From a virus, in IMG/VR virus record IMGVR_UViG_3300050501_000396: a stretch of DNA of 57,716 nucleotides, one strand, 5' to 3'. How positions within the stretch are numbered: position 1 is the stretch's first letter; the number at the start of each line of letters is the position of its first letter. Positions 7,653-17,043 of this stretch are shown piece after piece. The notes under the pieces were generated by a model, which searched no databases, was not told the DNA's origin, and saw only the letters and a list, made by a program, of their open reading frames with translations. Both the position numbers and the translations under genes were made by a program.

Positions 7653-8759
7653 CTACTCCGCAGCCAGAGTGATGCTGCCCGCCCGGATGACCTCGTTCGC
7701 CGCCGCGCTCACGTCGGTCGAGAGCACGACGCCGAAGGTCGCGTCGACGTAGAACGTGATCCTGAAGATCCGGTCGGGGTCGACGGCGATGAGCGCGCCC
7801 TTGAGCTCGTCCAGGTAGAGCGTCTCGCCCATCGTCAGCTTGCCCATGCGGTTCGTGATCGCGGCCTGCAGCACCGTGAGGCTGGCCGCGACGTTGAGGC
7901 CCGCCTTGACCTTCAGCTTCGCGAAGACGTTCACGGTCTTCAGCACGGCCGAGTTGACTTGGACGACGGTCCCGGCCGCCCGCCAGTTCTCGAGCTCGGT
8001 CTGGACCAGGGCATTGAGCTCGGTGTTGGAGTTGCCGGTGCCATCGGCGACGAAGACGGTCACGAGCCCGGTCGCGCCCTCGCTCACCTTGGCCGAGGCC
8101 ACGCCAGGCACGGTGCGCGCGCCGTACTCGAGCGCCGCGATCGTGCCGCGACGGATGGTGCTCGGGAACGTCCGCACCCGTTCGCGGTACGACTCGTCGC
8201 TCTCCGCCTCCGCTCCGCCTGCGGCGCGCGCGGTGTTGTTCACCGTGAGCGTCGAGTCCCAGAGCGTGGTGAGGATGCGGGTGATTTTGGCGATTGCGAC
8301 GTTGCCCGCCGCGCCCGCCACCTTCGCGCGCGCGGAGACTGTCTTGGCGCCCGTCTCGGCCGCGCCGTAGGTGACATCCGCCAGCGTCTCGAACTGCACC
8401 TCGTTGCCGAGCGTGTCCACGAGCGTGGCGACGATGGTCCCGGTGAAGATGGTGCCCGCGCCGGCCGCAGCGGTCGCGCGGTTGAACGTGAGGGTCACCA
8501 GCGCCTTCGCCGCAGCCTGGGCGACGATGCCGTAGCGGTCGTCGCCCAGCGCGCGCAGCGCATCGCCCCTGGCCGTGTCGAGAAAGAGCTCGGCGAACCT
8601 CGCCGCGGCGTAGCCTACCGACTTGTCGGCGCCGGCAGCCGCCGCAGCCAGCAAGAGGTCAGTCACATCCCCCGGCTCAGCAAAGAGATCCGGCCGGCGC
8701 AGTTGGAGCTCCGCCCGGCCGACGGCAAATAAGTCCTCGTAGCTGGGCGAGATGGCCAT
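7653..8759 (-). CDS. baseplate J-like protein (P2 gpJ / Mu gp47 family)
   Basis: 368 aa; position after the gpW-like gene; overall J-like pattern. Confidence 0.6.
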   Translation of the reverse strand: MAISPSYEDLFAVGRAELQLRRPDLFAEPGDVTDLLLAAAAAGADKSVGYAAARFAELFLDTARGDALRALGDDRYGIVAQAAAKALVTLTFNRATAAAGAGTIFTGTIVATLVDTLGNEVQFETLADVTYGAAETGAKTVSARAKVAGAAGNVAIAKITRILTTLWDSTLTVNNTARAAGGAEAESDESYRERVRTFPSTIRRGTIAALEYGARTVPGVASAKVSEGATGLVTVFVADGTGNSNTELNALVQTELENWRAAGTVVQVNSAVLKTVNVFAKLKVKAGLNVAASLTVLQAAITNRMGKLTMGETLYLDELKGALIAVDPDRIFRITFYVDATFGVVLSTDVSAAANEVIRAGSITLAAE

Positions 8760-8771
8760 GCCAGCCGAGGC

Positions 8772-8789
8772 TGCGCCGGGACCCTGCCG
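8772..8789 (-). promoter_or_regulatory. late intergenic motif copy M4
   Basis: TAG-CGGCAGGGTCCCGGCGCA; 29 nt to ATG 8759; no SD. Confidence 0.6.
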
Positions 8790-8984
8790 CTACGCGTACG
8801 CCGCCCGGATGAGCAGCTTCTGTATCTGCTCGATCTCCTCGCCCTGGGCCTCGACGATGGCACTCGCGAGCCCGTCGACTTCGAGATCGGTACCGTCCTT
8901 GAGCACCATCTTTGCCATCTTGATCGCCACGCGGTGGTGCTCGATCATCTCGCGGAGGAACTTCTTGTCGGCCGCGTTGAGCAT
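8790..8984 (-). CDS. single-repeat DUF305-like (HH metal-binding helical hairpin) protein
   Basis: DKKFLREMIEHHRVAIKMAKMVL...LASAIVEAQGEEIEQIQKLL matches the DUF305 repeat pattern D..FL..MI.HH..A..MA / LA..I...Q..EI as recalled. Confidence 0.5.
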   Translation of the reverse strand: MLNAADKKFLREMIEHHRVAIKMAKMVLKDGTDLEVDGLASAIVEAQGEEIEQIQKLLIRAAYA

Positions 8985-9421
8985 CAGCGCTCCTCGGTGA
9001 ACAGGAACGGCCGGAACGTGAGCGCAGTGCCCTTCACACGCACGCTCACCGCCACCTTGACCGCCGACTCGAGCACCTCGACCGCGACCTCGACGCCCTC
9101 GATGCGCCGGTCCTGGAGCAACTGCGTGCGGATGCGCGTCTTGAGCTCCTCGACCTTCGCCGACGTCTTCTCCTCCTTCACGAAGTCCTGGACGCCCACG
9201 CCGTACTCCGGCCGCGCCTTGTACTCGCCCGGTCGGGTGATGAGCCGGTGATAGATGGCCTGTCTGACGGCCTCGAGCCCGGTCACGAGCGTCCAGTCGC
9301 CGTCCGGGAAGACGTGGAAGTCGCCGTCGAAGACGACGTCCTTGCCGAGCTGGCGCGCGCGCTCGTCCGCGCTGGGCCGGAGTTGCAGGTTCGTGGAGCC
9401 GAGGAGCTGATAGCCGCTCAT
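8984..9421 (-). CDS. baseplate wedge protein, GPW/gp25 family
   Basis: AVRQAIYHRLITRPGEYKARPEYGVG is the typical gp25/gpW core. Confidence 0.65.
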   Translation of the reverse strand: MSGYQLLGSTNLQLRPSADERARQLGKDVVFDGDFHVFPDGDWTLVTGLEAVRQAIYHRLITRPGEYKARPEYGVGVQDFVKEEKTSAKVEELKTRIRTQLLQDRRIEGVEVAVEVLESAVKVAVSVRVKGTALTFRPFLFTEER

Positions 9422-10050
9422 TTGGACCTCAACACGGTGGTGCCGGCCGGCGCCGACGGGGCCGCGAAGCTGGTCACTGGGGCCGCGGCCGTGCCCGTGC
9501 CACCCGCGCCCGCCGCCGCTGCGATGGTGAGCACGTGGATGTGCGCATCGAACACGGTCTTGTGGGCGTCCACCGTCGCCTTGAGCGCGTCCACGTCCGC
9601 CTTGGTCGCCAACGGTACCGCCTGGCTCGCCGTCCCGTCGTGCACGAGCAACTGGCCGCCGGTGGGCACGCAGGCGACGTAGGTTGTCGGCCCCAGGCCG
9701 TCCGGCACCTGCCCCATCGACTCGGCGGCGATGATGACCGGACCGGCCTCGAGTTCGCCGCCCGGCACACCCACGATGACCTCAGCGCCCACCTGCGGGA
9801 TCGCCCAGAAGCCCCGCCCGGCGCCGCCGCCGAGCCCGCTGAGGCGCGCGGAGCAGCGCACGAGCGACGGCTGTAGCTCGACCTCAACGAGCACGTCCGC
9901 GCCGCCCTCGACGATCTCGAAGTGGCTGCCCGCGTCGGCTACCACGATGCCGCGCGCGACGTGCACGCTGCCATCGTCGAGCAGTTCGCGCCATCGGCTC
10001 ACGTCGAGGCGTACCGTGGGCTTCTGCGTCCTGCGCCGCCGAACCTTCAT
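9418..10050 (-). CDS. baseplate spike/hub protein gpV (Mu gp45-like)
   Basis: Trimmed to ATG 10050 (ATGA overlap); OB-fold-like IPQVGAEVIVGVPGGELEAGPVIIA; Ala/Gly-rich C-terminal tip. Confidence 0.6.
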   Translation of the reverse strand: MKVRRRRTQKPTVRLDVSRWRELLDDGSVHVARGIVVADAGSHFEIVEGGADVLVEVELQPSLVRCSARLSGLGGGAGRGFWAIPQVGAEVIVGVPGGELEAGPVIIAAESMGQVPDGLGPTTYVACVPTGGQLLVHDGTASQAVPLATKADVDALKATVDAHKTVFDAHIHVLTIAAAAGAGGTGTAAAPVTSFAAPSAPAGTTVLRSK

Positions 10051-11477
10051 AGCGCCTCCGTAGGGACCGCGACAAAGTCCTGCAATTCCACGTCGATCTC
10101 GATGCCGCTCTCTGCGGAGAAATCGTACGAGCACTCGCGGATCCGCAGCGGGCCGCGTAGCGTGTCCACGACGTCGAAGTTGCGGCTGAGGAACCGCGCC
10201 ACGTCGTCGGGGAAGCCTGCCGCGCGCAGCCGCTCCGTGCGCGTGGCCTCCGACAACTGCGCCAGCGCCTCGGTGTTGTAGACGTCGAAGTCGATGGCGG
10301 CGGCGTCGCCGGTGCGCATGGTGAGCAAGTCATTGCCGTGCAGATCGACGAGGTCATTCGTGCCGATGTGCACGGTCTGCTCGCCGCGCGCGATCAGGTC
10401 GTAGACGGTGCGCGCGATCTCACGCAGTTGCACCTCGCTGGTGATGCCGTTGACCTGGTAGAGCTTCACCTGGTCCCGCTCGGTCCCGACGCCGGTGGCC
10501 GCTTTCTGGCCCTTGGCTGGGTAGCGGCCGGCGTAGGTCTGGCGCGTGCGCTCGTCGTAGCTACGGACCTCGATCTGTGGGTTGATCTCCTTGCCCATGT
10601 GGCGCTGGACCTCGAGCCGGGTGAGGTTCCGGCCCCAGGCGAAGCGGCGGATCGGCTGGGTCGACTCGGAGGGCAGGCGGAGCAAGCCCGCGCGTGCCTG
10701 CGCGAGGACGTGCGGCTTGGTAAGCACGACGTCCATGCCCTCGACGAAGAGGATGAAGCCATGCATCTGGGCCATCCGATAGGCCACGTCCCAGAAGGAC
10801 GACTTCTCCTTCACGGGTTGGCCCTTCTTGTTCGTTCGCCGCGCAGTCGAGCCCACGATGGGCAGCGAGGACTTCAGCGACTCGGGCTCGACCCGCAGGC
10901 GCGTCACGCCTCCGGGGTCGCCTTCGCGGACGAGCTGCTCGAGCTGGACGTCCAGCCGCAGGCCCGACGGGCTGCGCCGGCGCGGATCCCACTCGCGCCC
11001 GGTGAAGAGCGCCGTGTAGTCCTGGCCGTCCAGGCTCACCGTGTGGCCCGAGTCGCCGTACTCGGACGCCACGTCGTCGACGAGCCCGGCGAGCAGCGGC
11101 TTGAGCAGCACGTTGCCTTGCGCATCCTGCGGCACCGGAGCGCCGAGGTAAGGCGCGTTCCACAGGAAGAGCTCGACGGCGGCGGCGCGGATCTGCTTCG
11201 GCGCGATGGGCAGCATGCGCGCGTCGAACTCGACGTGGAACGAGTCGGGCTTGTTGTAGCTGTTGCGCACGACTTTGAGCGCGCTCGGGCGCGCCGGCAC
11301 GAAGACGGAGTTGTTGAAGCGCCGCACGAGCCCACCGAAGCGCGGGTGTAGCTCGAGCCCCTCCGGCGGCCTCCCTGTCTCCATGACGACTGCCAGGCCC
11401 ACCAGCGCGGAGGGGTAGAACACCTTGCCTGCGGGCCCCTGCGCGCCTGCGCGGGCCTTGTCGGCGAGCCCCGCCAT
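10047..11477 (-). CDS. baseplate hub protein (late control D / Mu gp44-like)
   Basis: 476 aa between the LysM protein and gpV, the canonical gpD position. Confidence 0.55.
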   Translation of the reverse strand: MAGLADKARAGAQGPAGKVFYPSALVGLAVVMETGRPPEGLELHPRFGGLVRRFNNSVFVPARPSALKVVRNSYNKPDSFHVEFDARMLPIAPKQIRAAAVELFLWNAPYLGAPVPQDAQGNVLLKPLLAGLVDDVASEYGDSGHTVSLDGQDYTALFTGREWDPRRRSPSGLRLDVQLEQLVREGDPGGVTRLRVEPESLKSSLPIVGSTARRTNKKGQPVKEKSSFWDVAYRMAQMHGFILFVEGMDVVLTKPHVLAQARAGLLRLPSESTQPIRRFAWGRNLTRLEVQRHMGKEINPQIEVRSYDERTRQTYAGRYPAKGQKAATGVGTERDQVKLYQVNGITSEVQLREIARTVYDLIARGEQTVHIGTNDLVDLHGNDLLTMRTGDAAAIDFDVYNTEALAQLSEATRTERLRAAGFPDDVARFLSRNFDVVDTLRGPLRIRECSYDFSAESGIEIDVELQDFVAVPTEAL

Positions 11478-12532
11478 CAGCCAGCCCCAGCGATCACAAG
11501 GATCTCATCACCGGTCATCACGGTGGCGGTGAGCCCGTTGCGAGCGGCGATCGATCGCCAGTGGTGCGGCGAGCCGAAGAAGCGCGTGCTGATGCCGTAG
11601 ATGTGCTCCCCCGACTGCGGACGGTACAGCGCGCGCGCGGTCGGGTCGGCGCGGTCCGAGAGCGCCTGGGCCGAGTCGGTCGAGTGCAGGCCGAGCAGGC
11701 GGAGTTGGAAGCCCAGCTCCTTGGTCCACTGGTCGAAGCGCAGCACGTCGGCGGCGGTCCGGTAGCCCATCTCCGTGTCCGAGCGCAGCACGATGAGGCG
11801 GTTCAGCGCGCTCGCCGCCGAGCCGCGGATCTGAGTGAACAGCTGAGCCATGCGCAAGATCCCGCCCCGGTCGTCGCCGCCCGGCAGGACGAGGCGTTGC
11901 TGGAGCGCGCCATCGGCCTCAGCGAACGAGGCCTCGATCGCGTCGAGATCCGAGCCGACGTCGGCGAAGACCGTCCCCTCAAGCGCGGCCACGGGCGCCT
12001 CGCCACGTAGCTCGCCGAGCTGGGCGACGTCCTCCGCCAGGGCGTCGGTGAGCGCCGAGGCGGACAGCGGGCGGTTACTCACGTCGGGGAGGCGCAAGAA
12101 CTCGGCGTCCTCCTCGCTCTGCGGCGACAGCGTGAAGCGGTAGGCGATCTTGCTGTCGTGCGAGTAGGTGTACTCCGCGTCGGTGATGAGCCCCACCCAC
12201 GACAGCCCGTTGAACTCGAGCCTCACCAAGTTCGCGCGGCGCACCATGTCGTTGAAGGCGCGTCGCGTGGATCGCGCGAAGCCGGCGCCGTTCCATCGGT
12301 CGTCCCACTCGCCCTCGAGCTCCTGGTCCTTCGAGTTCGGCCCCAGCACTTGGTACGTGGGCGCATCGCCGCCCGAGTAGTCGGTGCGTTTGTGGCGCAC
12401 CGACGTCCCGAACGTCCACGGACGGCGCCATCCCGAGTGCTTGTCGGCGGTCCACTCGAAGCGCGCGGCGCCGCCCGGCACGTCGGCGCCGGGGGCGACC
12501 AGTTCGGTGACTACGAAGCGCTCGGCCGCCAT
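11477..12532 (-). CDS. tail/baseplate protein with C-terminal LysM domain (P2 gpX / Mu gp43-like role)
   Basis: C-terminus YRPQSGEHIYGISTRFFGSPHHWRSIAARNGL...GDEILVI is LysM-like; directly follows the tape measure gene. Confidence 0.6.
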   Translation of the reverse strand: MAAERFVVTELVAPGADVPGGAARFEWTADKHSGWRRPWTFGTSVRHKRTDYSGGDAPTYQVLGPNSKDQELEGEWDDRWNGAGFARSTRRAFNDMVRRANLVRLEFNGLSWVGLITDAEYTYSHDSKIAYRFTLSPQSEEDAEFLRLPDVSNRPLSASALTDALAEDVAQLGELRGEAPVAALEGTVFADVGSDLDAIEASFAEADGALQQRLVLPGGDDRGGILRMAQLFTQIRGSAASALNRLIVLRSDTEMGYRTAADVLRFDQWTKELGFQLRLLGLHSTDSAQALSDRADPTARALYRPQSGEHIYGISTRFFGSPHHWRSIAARNGLTATVMTGDEILVIAGAG

Positions 12533-14343
12533 CAGCTGCCGCCCTCCCGGAACACGTGGCGCGACGCCCCCGGGTTCCGCAGGGCGTCATGGACGAGCGC
12601 GCCGAGATCCATCGAGAAGCGGTCGGGGTCATCCGATATGACCGTGACCTCGACGTTCACGTTGGCCGCCGGGATCTTCGGGATCTTCTTCGCGTCGGTC
12701 GGGTCGTTCACGTTCGGCATCCCGCCGAAGCCGGGCACGAGGCTCAGGGCCCGGCTGAAGATCAGGCCCACCTTGTTGGAGACGCCCGCGTCCATCTCGG
12801 CACCCCACGCCTTGATGGTCATCTTGCTCCACAGGTCCGCGCCCAGCGCGAAGGCCTCAGGGAGCCCGCTCTTCTCGTACATCGCCTGGCGGTCAGGCGC
12901 GGACATGGTGCGGAGGAACTTGCTCTCCTCGTTCAGCGCCTTGTTGAGCGTGTCGATGTAGTTCTGGATCGCCTGGGTTGACATCCCCGCGTCGACGCCG
13001 GACGTCGCGATCGCGGCGCTGTTCACGAATTTGCGGGTCTTCCCCTGCACGAGGAAGCCGATGTCGCCCGCCTGCGTGAGCATGCGGTTGGCGCGTGTCA
13101 GATCCGCCTGGCGCATCTCGCGCGAATTCTTGAGACGGTCGCCCTCTTCGCCGAAGCTGTACTCTTTCGCGCCGCGGTTGAGCACTGCCCAGTCGCCCTG
13201 GGCGTTCACCCGCCGTTCCTGCCGCGCCGCGATGTCGTCGGCGATGATGGGCGCCGCGATCGCCGCCGCGGCGAGCGGCGCAGTCACCAGCGTGAGAGCC
13301 GACGCGAACGCGCCGAGGCTGCCGGGCCCGCTGCCGGCGATCTTGGCGAGCAGGCCGGTGATGTTGCCTACCCCGCTGAGACCGCCTACCACCGCGCCCA
13401 CACCCTTGCTCACCAGGTACGCCTTGGCGAGCGACATCAGCAACTCGCGGTTGTCGACGACGAAGCTGGCGATCTTCTGCACCATCTCGAAGCCCTTCAT
13501 GAGGGCATTCGTGAAGTCGGCGGCGAACTGACGGATCTTCTCGGGGTTCTTCTCGATCCAGGCGTTCCACTTCTGGACCTCGGCCGTGATCGCCTTGAAC
13601 AGCGGCAGGCCGATCTTACCCGCCGCGATCTGCAAGTTGTCCTTCAGGGTCGAGGTCACGCCGGCGAAGCTCTCGCCCATCGCCTTGGCGGCGCTCTTGA
13701 GCGCGGGGTCGTTCAGCGCCGCCAGGACGATGGCGTTGCGGCGCTTAGTCGTCATCTTGTTGAAGGCTTCCGCCGTTACGTTCTGGGATGCGAGCAGGAC
13801 TTGAGCGGTTCGGTCGCGGCTAGTGACATCACCCGAGAGCATCTGCTTCACGTCGAGCGAAACCATGTCGGCCCGCTCACCGAGCGCGGCCGCGGCGATC
13901 GTCGCTCCAATCGTCATCTCTTTGAGCTGCTGCATGCCGATGCCCGCACGGTAGGCGCTCGCGGCGATCCCGGCGTGCATGTCGAGGAAGTCCTTGGTCT
14001 CACCGACGGAGTTCTTCGCGACCTGCTGGTAATCCTCGAACAACTGGTTCGCGTGCCCCATGGCAACGTCCCAGCGGCCTCCGAGCAGGAGCTTCTCCTG
14101 CGCGGCTAGGCTGATGGTCGACTTCTCGATCGACGAGTTGAAGCCAACGAACGCCTGCGCGCCGGCGCGCAGCACGCCGTACCCGGCGAGCGCCGTGGCG
14201 ACACCGCGCAACGACGACGTGAGTCCCCCCATCGAGCGCGACGCCCTGTTGGCGCTGCCCTCGATGGCCTTGAGCGGCCCCGATGACTCGTTTCGAGTTT
14301 TGTAAATGGTTTCGACGAGGTACGTCGTGGTCGTGCCAGCCAT
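12532..14343 (-). CDS. tail tape measure protein
   Basis: 603 aa, Ala/Gly-rich helical; follows the G/GT chaperones and precedes the baseplate genes. Confidence 0.8.
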   Translation of the reverse strand: MAGTTTTYLVETIYKTRNESSGPLKAIEGSANRASRSMGGLTSSLRGVATALAGYGVLRAGAQAFVGFNSSIEKSTISLAAQEKLLLGGRWDVAMGHANQLFEDYQQVAKNSVGETKDFLDMHAGIAASAYRAGIGMQQLKEMTIGATIAAAALGERADMVSLDVKQMLSGDVTSRDRTAQVLLASQNVTAEAFNKMTTKRRNAIVLAALNDPALKSAAKAMGESFAGVTSTLKDNLQIAAGKIGLPLFKAITAEVQKWNAWIEKNPEKIRQFAADFTNALMKGFEMVQKIASFVVDNRELLMSLAKAYLVSKGVGAVVGGLSGVGNITGLLAKIAGSGPGSLGAFASALTLVTAPLAAAAIAAPIIADDIAARQERRVNAQGDWAVLNRGAKEYSFGEEGDRLKNSREMRQADLTRANRMLTQAGDIGFLVQGKTRKFVNSAAIATSGVDAGMSTQAIQNYIDTLNKALNEESKFLRTMSAPDRQAMYEKSGLPEAFALGADLWSKMTIKAWGAEMDAGVSNKVGLIFSRALSLVPGFGGMPNVNDPTDAKKIPKIPAANVNVEVTVISDDPDRFSMDLGALVHDALRNPGASRHVFREGGS

Positions 14344-14365
14344 GCGCTACCCTCACCGTCGACGA

Positions 14366-14383
14366 TGCATCGCGACCCTGCCG
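14366..14383 (-). promoter_or_regulatory. late intergenic motif copy M5
   Basis: TAG-CGGCAGGGTCGCGATGCA; 39 nt to ATG 14343, with GAGGG in the extra spacer. Confidence 0.6.
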
Positions 14384-14970
14384 CTATTCGTCCGGGGTCA
14401 TCTGACCCGCGCCGCCGCCGTAGAGCGCCTCAAGGTAGGTCTGCACCGACTTGTGCAGGTGCCAGCGGTCATGCGTCGAGAGGCGCATGTACTCGCGGAA
14501 ATCCATCCCCTGCCTCCCGATCATCACCCACTCAGCAATCAGCTGGCGGCGCAGGCGCCGGTAGATGGGAAACGGGCCGCCTACCGCGTCGCCAGCGTCT
14601 CGGGGTCGACGGCCTCGCCTTTTCCCAGCTCATCCTCCGCCTCTGGGACCTGGTTCAGCTTGCTGAAGCACCGCAGGGCGAACTCGGCCGAGCGGTTGGT
14701 CCAGTCGTCGAACTCCGAGAAGGGAAGCATCACCTTCGCGTCTTTCGACTCGCCGGCGTAACGGTAGGCCACGACGGAGATCTTCGCCAGCTCGCGGACG
14801 AAGTTGGTGTCCTTGTCGCCCTCGCACGCGCGCGCCGCGTCCTGCGAGTCGAATGCGTCGGTCTCGCGCACCACGATGCTGCCCAGCATCCGACCGTGCC
14901 CGTCATGGCACTGCTTCGGAAACTTGAACCTCATGTGGAGCAGGTCCGGGTTGGATTCCTTGCGTCCCAT
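14384..14970 (-). CDS. tail assembly chaperone GT fusion made by a -1 programmed frameshift
   Basis: The -1 frame is open from the slippery site to TAG 14384 and reads as a plausible protein (PFPIYRRLRRQLIAEWVMIGRQGMDFREYMRLSTHDRW...). Confidence 0.65.
14581..14970 (-). CDS. tail assembly chaperone (gpG-like)
   Basis: 129 aa between the tube and tape measure genes; contains the slippery heptamer near its 3' end. Confidence 0.7.
   Translation of the reverse strand: MGRKESNPDLLHMRFKFPKQCHDGHGRMLGSIVVRETDAFDSQDAARACEGDKDTNFVRELAKISVVAYRYAGESKDAKVMLPFSEFDDWTNRSAEFALRCFSKLNQVPEAEDELGKGEAVDPETLATR
14620..14626 (-). other. -1 frameshift slippery heptamer G GGA AAA
   Basis: Read in the zero frame CTG GGA AAA GGC, 13 codons before the G stop; X XXY YYZ type as in lambda G/GT. 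Confidence 0.65.
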
Positions 14971-14992
14971 CTGTGCCTGTGCCCTTCCGTGT

Positions 14993-15433
14993 CTACTGCG
15001 TGATCAACTTCGGGCTCGTCTCGCAGAAGCCCTCGAACGAGCCGGAGACGTTCTCCTTGCGGCCCGAGTAGCCGCGCTCCCCGGGCTTCATCGTCGTGTC
15101 TGGGTACAACACGACCATTTTGCGCTGCCCGATCTTGCGGTACTTGTACTGGACGCTGATGGTCACCTTGGGGGGCTCGAGGCCCTGCTCCTCGGACTCC
15201 ATGAGCAGTTGGCGCAGCAGCAGCGCCTGGTTGTCGTCCTCGTCGTGCGAGAACGAGTAGCCCACGCCGTTGAACTGCGGATTCGCCTTGGACGTCCGCT
15301 GCCCCGGGTAGTCGTCCATCTTCAGGTCGAAGTCCGGGTTTTCCTTGAAGTCCTTCGTGAGGATCACGAATCGCCGACCGTTCGCTGTGATGAAAAGTTT
15401 GGCCTCACTGCCGCGGATCGATGCCGAGCTCAT
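14993..15433 (-). CDS. tail tube protein (contractile tail)
   Basis: 146 aa immediately after the sheath gene. Confidence 0.65.
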   Translation of the reverse strand: MSSASIRGSEAKLFITANGRRFVILTKDFKENPDFDLKMDDYPGQRTSKANPQFNGVGYSFSHDEDDNQALLLRQLLMESEEQGLEPPKVTISVQYKYRKIGQRKMVVLYPDTTMKPGERGYSGRKENVSGSFEGFCETSPKLITQ

Positions 15434-15444
15434 CGCCTACCTCC

Positions 15445-16998
15445 TTAAGCCGCCGAGTCCTCGGCAATGGTCGTGCCGGTCCCGATCTGGGTCCTGAGAA
15501 CGAGCCCGAGGATGTGACCGATCAGCTTCACCCTCCACTCGATGAACTCGAGCCCCTGGGCGCGGCTCAGCGCCGTGTTCGGCGTCACCTGGTCGATCGA
15601 GAACTCCTCGACGGTGTCGTTGGCGCGGCGCAGGCTGTCGCAGAACGCCACCAGCTCGCCGCCCATCGCGGCGCGCGTGTCGTCGGTGTTGTCCTCCTTG
15701 ACGAACTCTTCGAGTCGGCTGGCCGCGGAGAGTTGGAGGAAGTCCGCCGAGCGGCGGCGCGCGATCTCGGTGAGGCCCGGCGTGAGGTTGGTCGTCACGC
15801 CCGACACGAAGACGAAGCCGCCGCTGGTGCTCGCCGAGCGCTCGAGCGCGCAGATGCCGGCGGCTCGCAGATCCTTGTAGTCCTGTCGGGTGAGCGACTC
15901 GAAGGTCAGCTTCATGATGCCGGCCGTAAACTTCTTGGTCGCGACCGAGCCCACGTGCTTGTTGTGGCGCGTCTGCGAGAAGATCGAGGCCAGTTGCGCG
16001 TGCGGCGGCACCTGGATCTGCTGCGCCGTCTGCGTGTCGAGGACGTAGGGCGAGTTGTAGCAGTAGACCACCCGATCCGAGCGGTAGAGCGCCGCGTCGG
16101 CGACCACGGCAGCGACGGACGCCCCGAGGGTGCCATTCCAAATCAGGAACATGCGGTCCGAAGCGGCCTGCGCCGCCGTGAGCATCGCGGCCTTGACGGC
16201 GGTCGTTGCCCTCTTCGCGACCATCACCACGGCAACGCCACGGTAGTCCTTGATGACGTTGATGCCGCGGCCCGATCCCGTGTAGTCGGCGTCCGCGATG
16301 GTGCCGTCCGTGCCCAGGACGCTCGTGAAGCTGGCAACCGTCTGGCCGAGGTTCACGAAGCCCTCGGAGTCCAGGCCCGCCATCCCCGTGGTGATGGGAG
16401 TGCCGCTGGCCAGCTTGGTGAGCGTGATCCAGTTGGCGTCGTCGTCGCCCACGACCACGAGCGTGTTGTCGTTGCCCGTGGTGATGTTGAGGTTCTCGTA
16501 GAGCTTGGTCTCGCCGAGGTACTTCAGCCGCAGGTTGAAGTGCGTGGCGTCGCCATCAGTCGCGGCCTCGACCTTGATCTTGACGCTGTTGCCCCACACG
16601 CCCGGGCTGGAGGCGTCGACGCGCAGGACCTCGACGCCGGTGCCGTTGGCGAGCGTCTCGAGCGTGAACGAGGCCTTGAGCGCAGCCAGGGCGGTCGCGC
16701 GCACGATGACCAGCTTGCCGAAGGGCTTGCCGAGCATCGCCTCCCAGATCTCGTTGATCAGCGCGCCGCCGGTTCCATTGGCGGTGTAGTCCCTGCCCCC
16801 GAACACCTCCAGAAACCGCGCCGGCGACGTGATCTCGACCGCGCGATCGACGGGCCCGCGCACGGTCGCGCCGACGATGCCCACGGTGCCGCGGTCCGCG
16901 CCGGCAATGAAACCCTGCGGCGCGGTCTCGGTGATGTAGAGACCCTCGAGCTTCGTGTATTCACTCGGGTCTGACGTGAACAAAGGTGCGGGGCACAT
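15445..16998 (-). CDS. tail sheath protein
   Basis: 517 aa; N-terminal LEGLYITE...GTVGIVG resembles the sheath PGVYVEE start; followed by the tube gene. Confidence 0.75.
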   Translation of the reverse strand: MCPAPLFTSDPSEYTKLEGLYITETAPQGFIAGADRGTVGIVGATVRGPVDRAVEITSPARFLEVFGGRDYTANGTGGALINEIWEAMLGKPFGKLVIVRATALAALKASFTLETLANGTGVEVLRVDASSPGVWGNSVKIKVEAATDGDATHFNLRLKYLGETKLYENLNITTGNDNTLVVVGDDDANWITLTKLASGTPITTGMAGLDSEGFVNLGQTVASFTSVLGTDGTIADADYTGSGRGINVIKDYRGVAVVMVAKRATTAVKAAMLTAAQAASDRMFLIWNGTLGASVAAVVADAALYRSDRVVYCYNSPYVLDTQTAQQIQVPPHAQLASIFSQTRHNKHVGSVATKKFTAGIMKLTFESLTRQDYKDLRAAGICALERSASTSGGFVFVSGVTTNLTPGLTEIARRRSADFLQLSAASRLEEFVKEDNTDDTRAAMGGELVAFCDSLRRANDTVEEFSIDQVTPNTALSRAQGLEFIEWRVKLIGHILGLVLRTQIGTGTTIAEDSAA

Positions 16999-17022
16999 GG
17001 GCGTTCTCCTCGGCGGCCATCC

Positions 17023-17040
17023 TGCGCCGCGACCCTGCCG
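17023..17040 (-). promoter_or_regulatory. late intergenic motif copy M6
   Basis: TAGTCG-CGGCAGGGTCGCGGCGCA; 41 nt to ATG 16998, with GAGGAG in the spacer. Confidence 0.6.
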
Positions 17041-17043
17041 CGA

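Noticed and set aside
6891-8732. Very long plus-strand ORFs opposite the structural genes (6891..8732, 15421..16974, 18995..21322, 2571..4175, 10338..11351, 23239..24447 and others).
   Set aside because: They are antisense to genes with clear family motifs. Their products are Arg/Ala/Gly/Pro-rich low-complexity sequence typical of non-coding frames in high-GC DNA.
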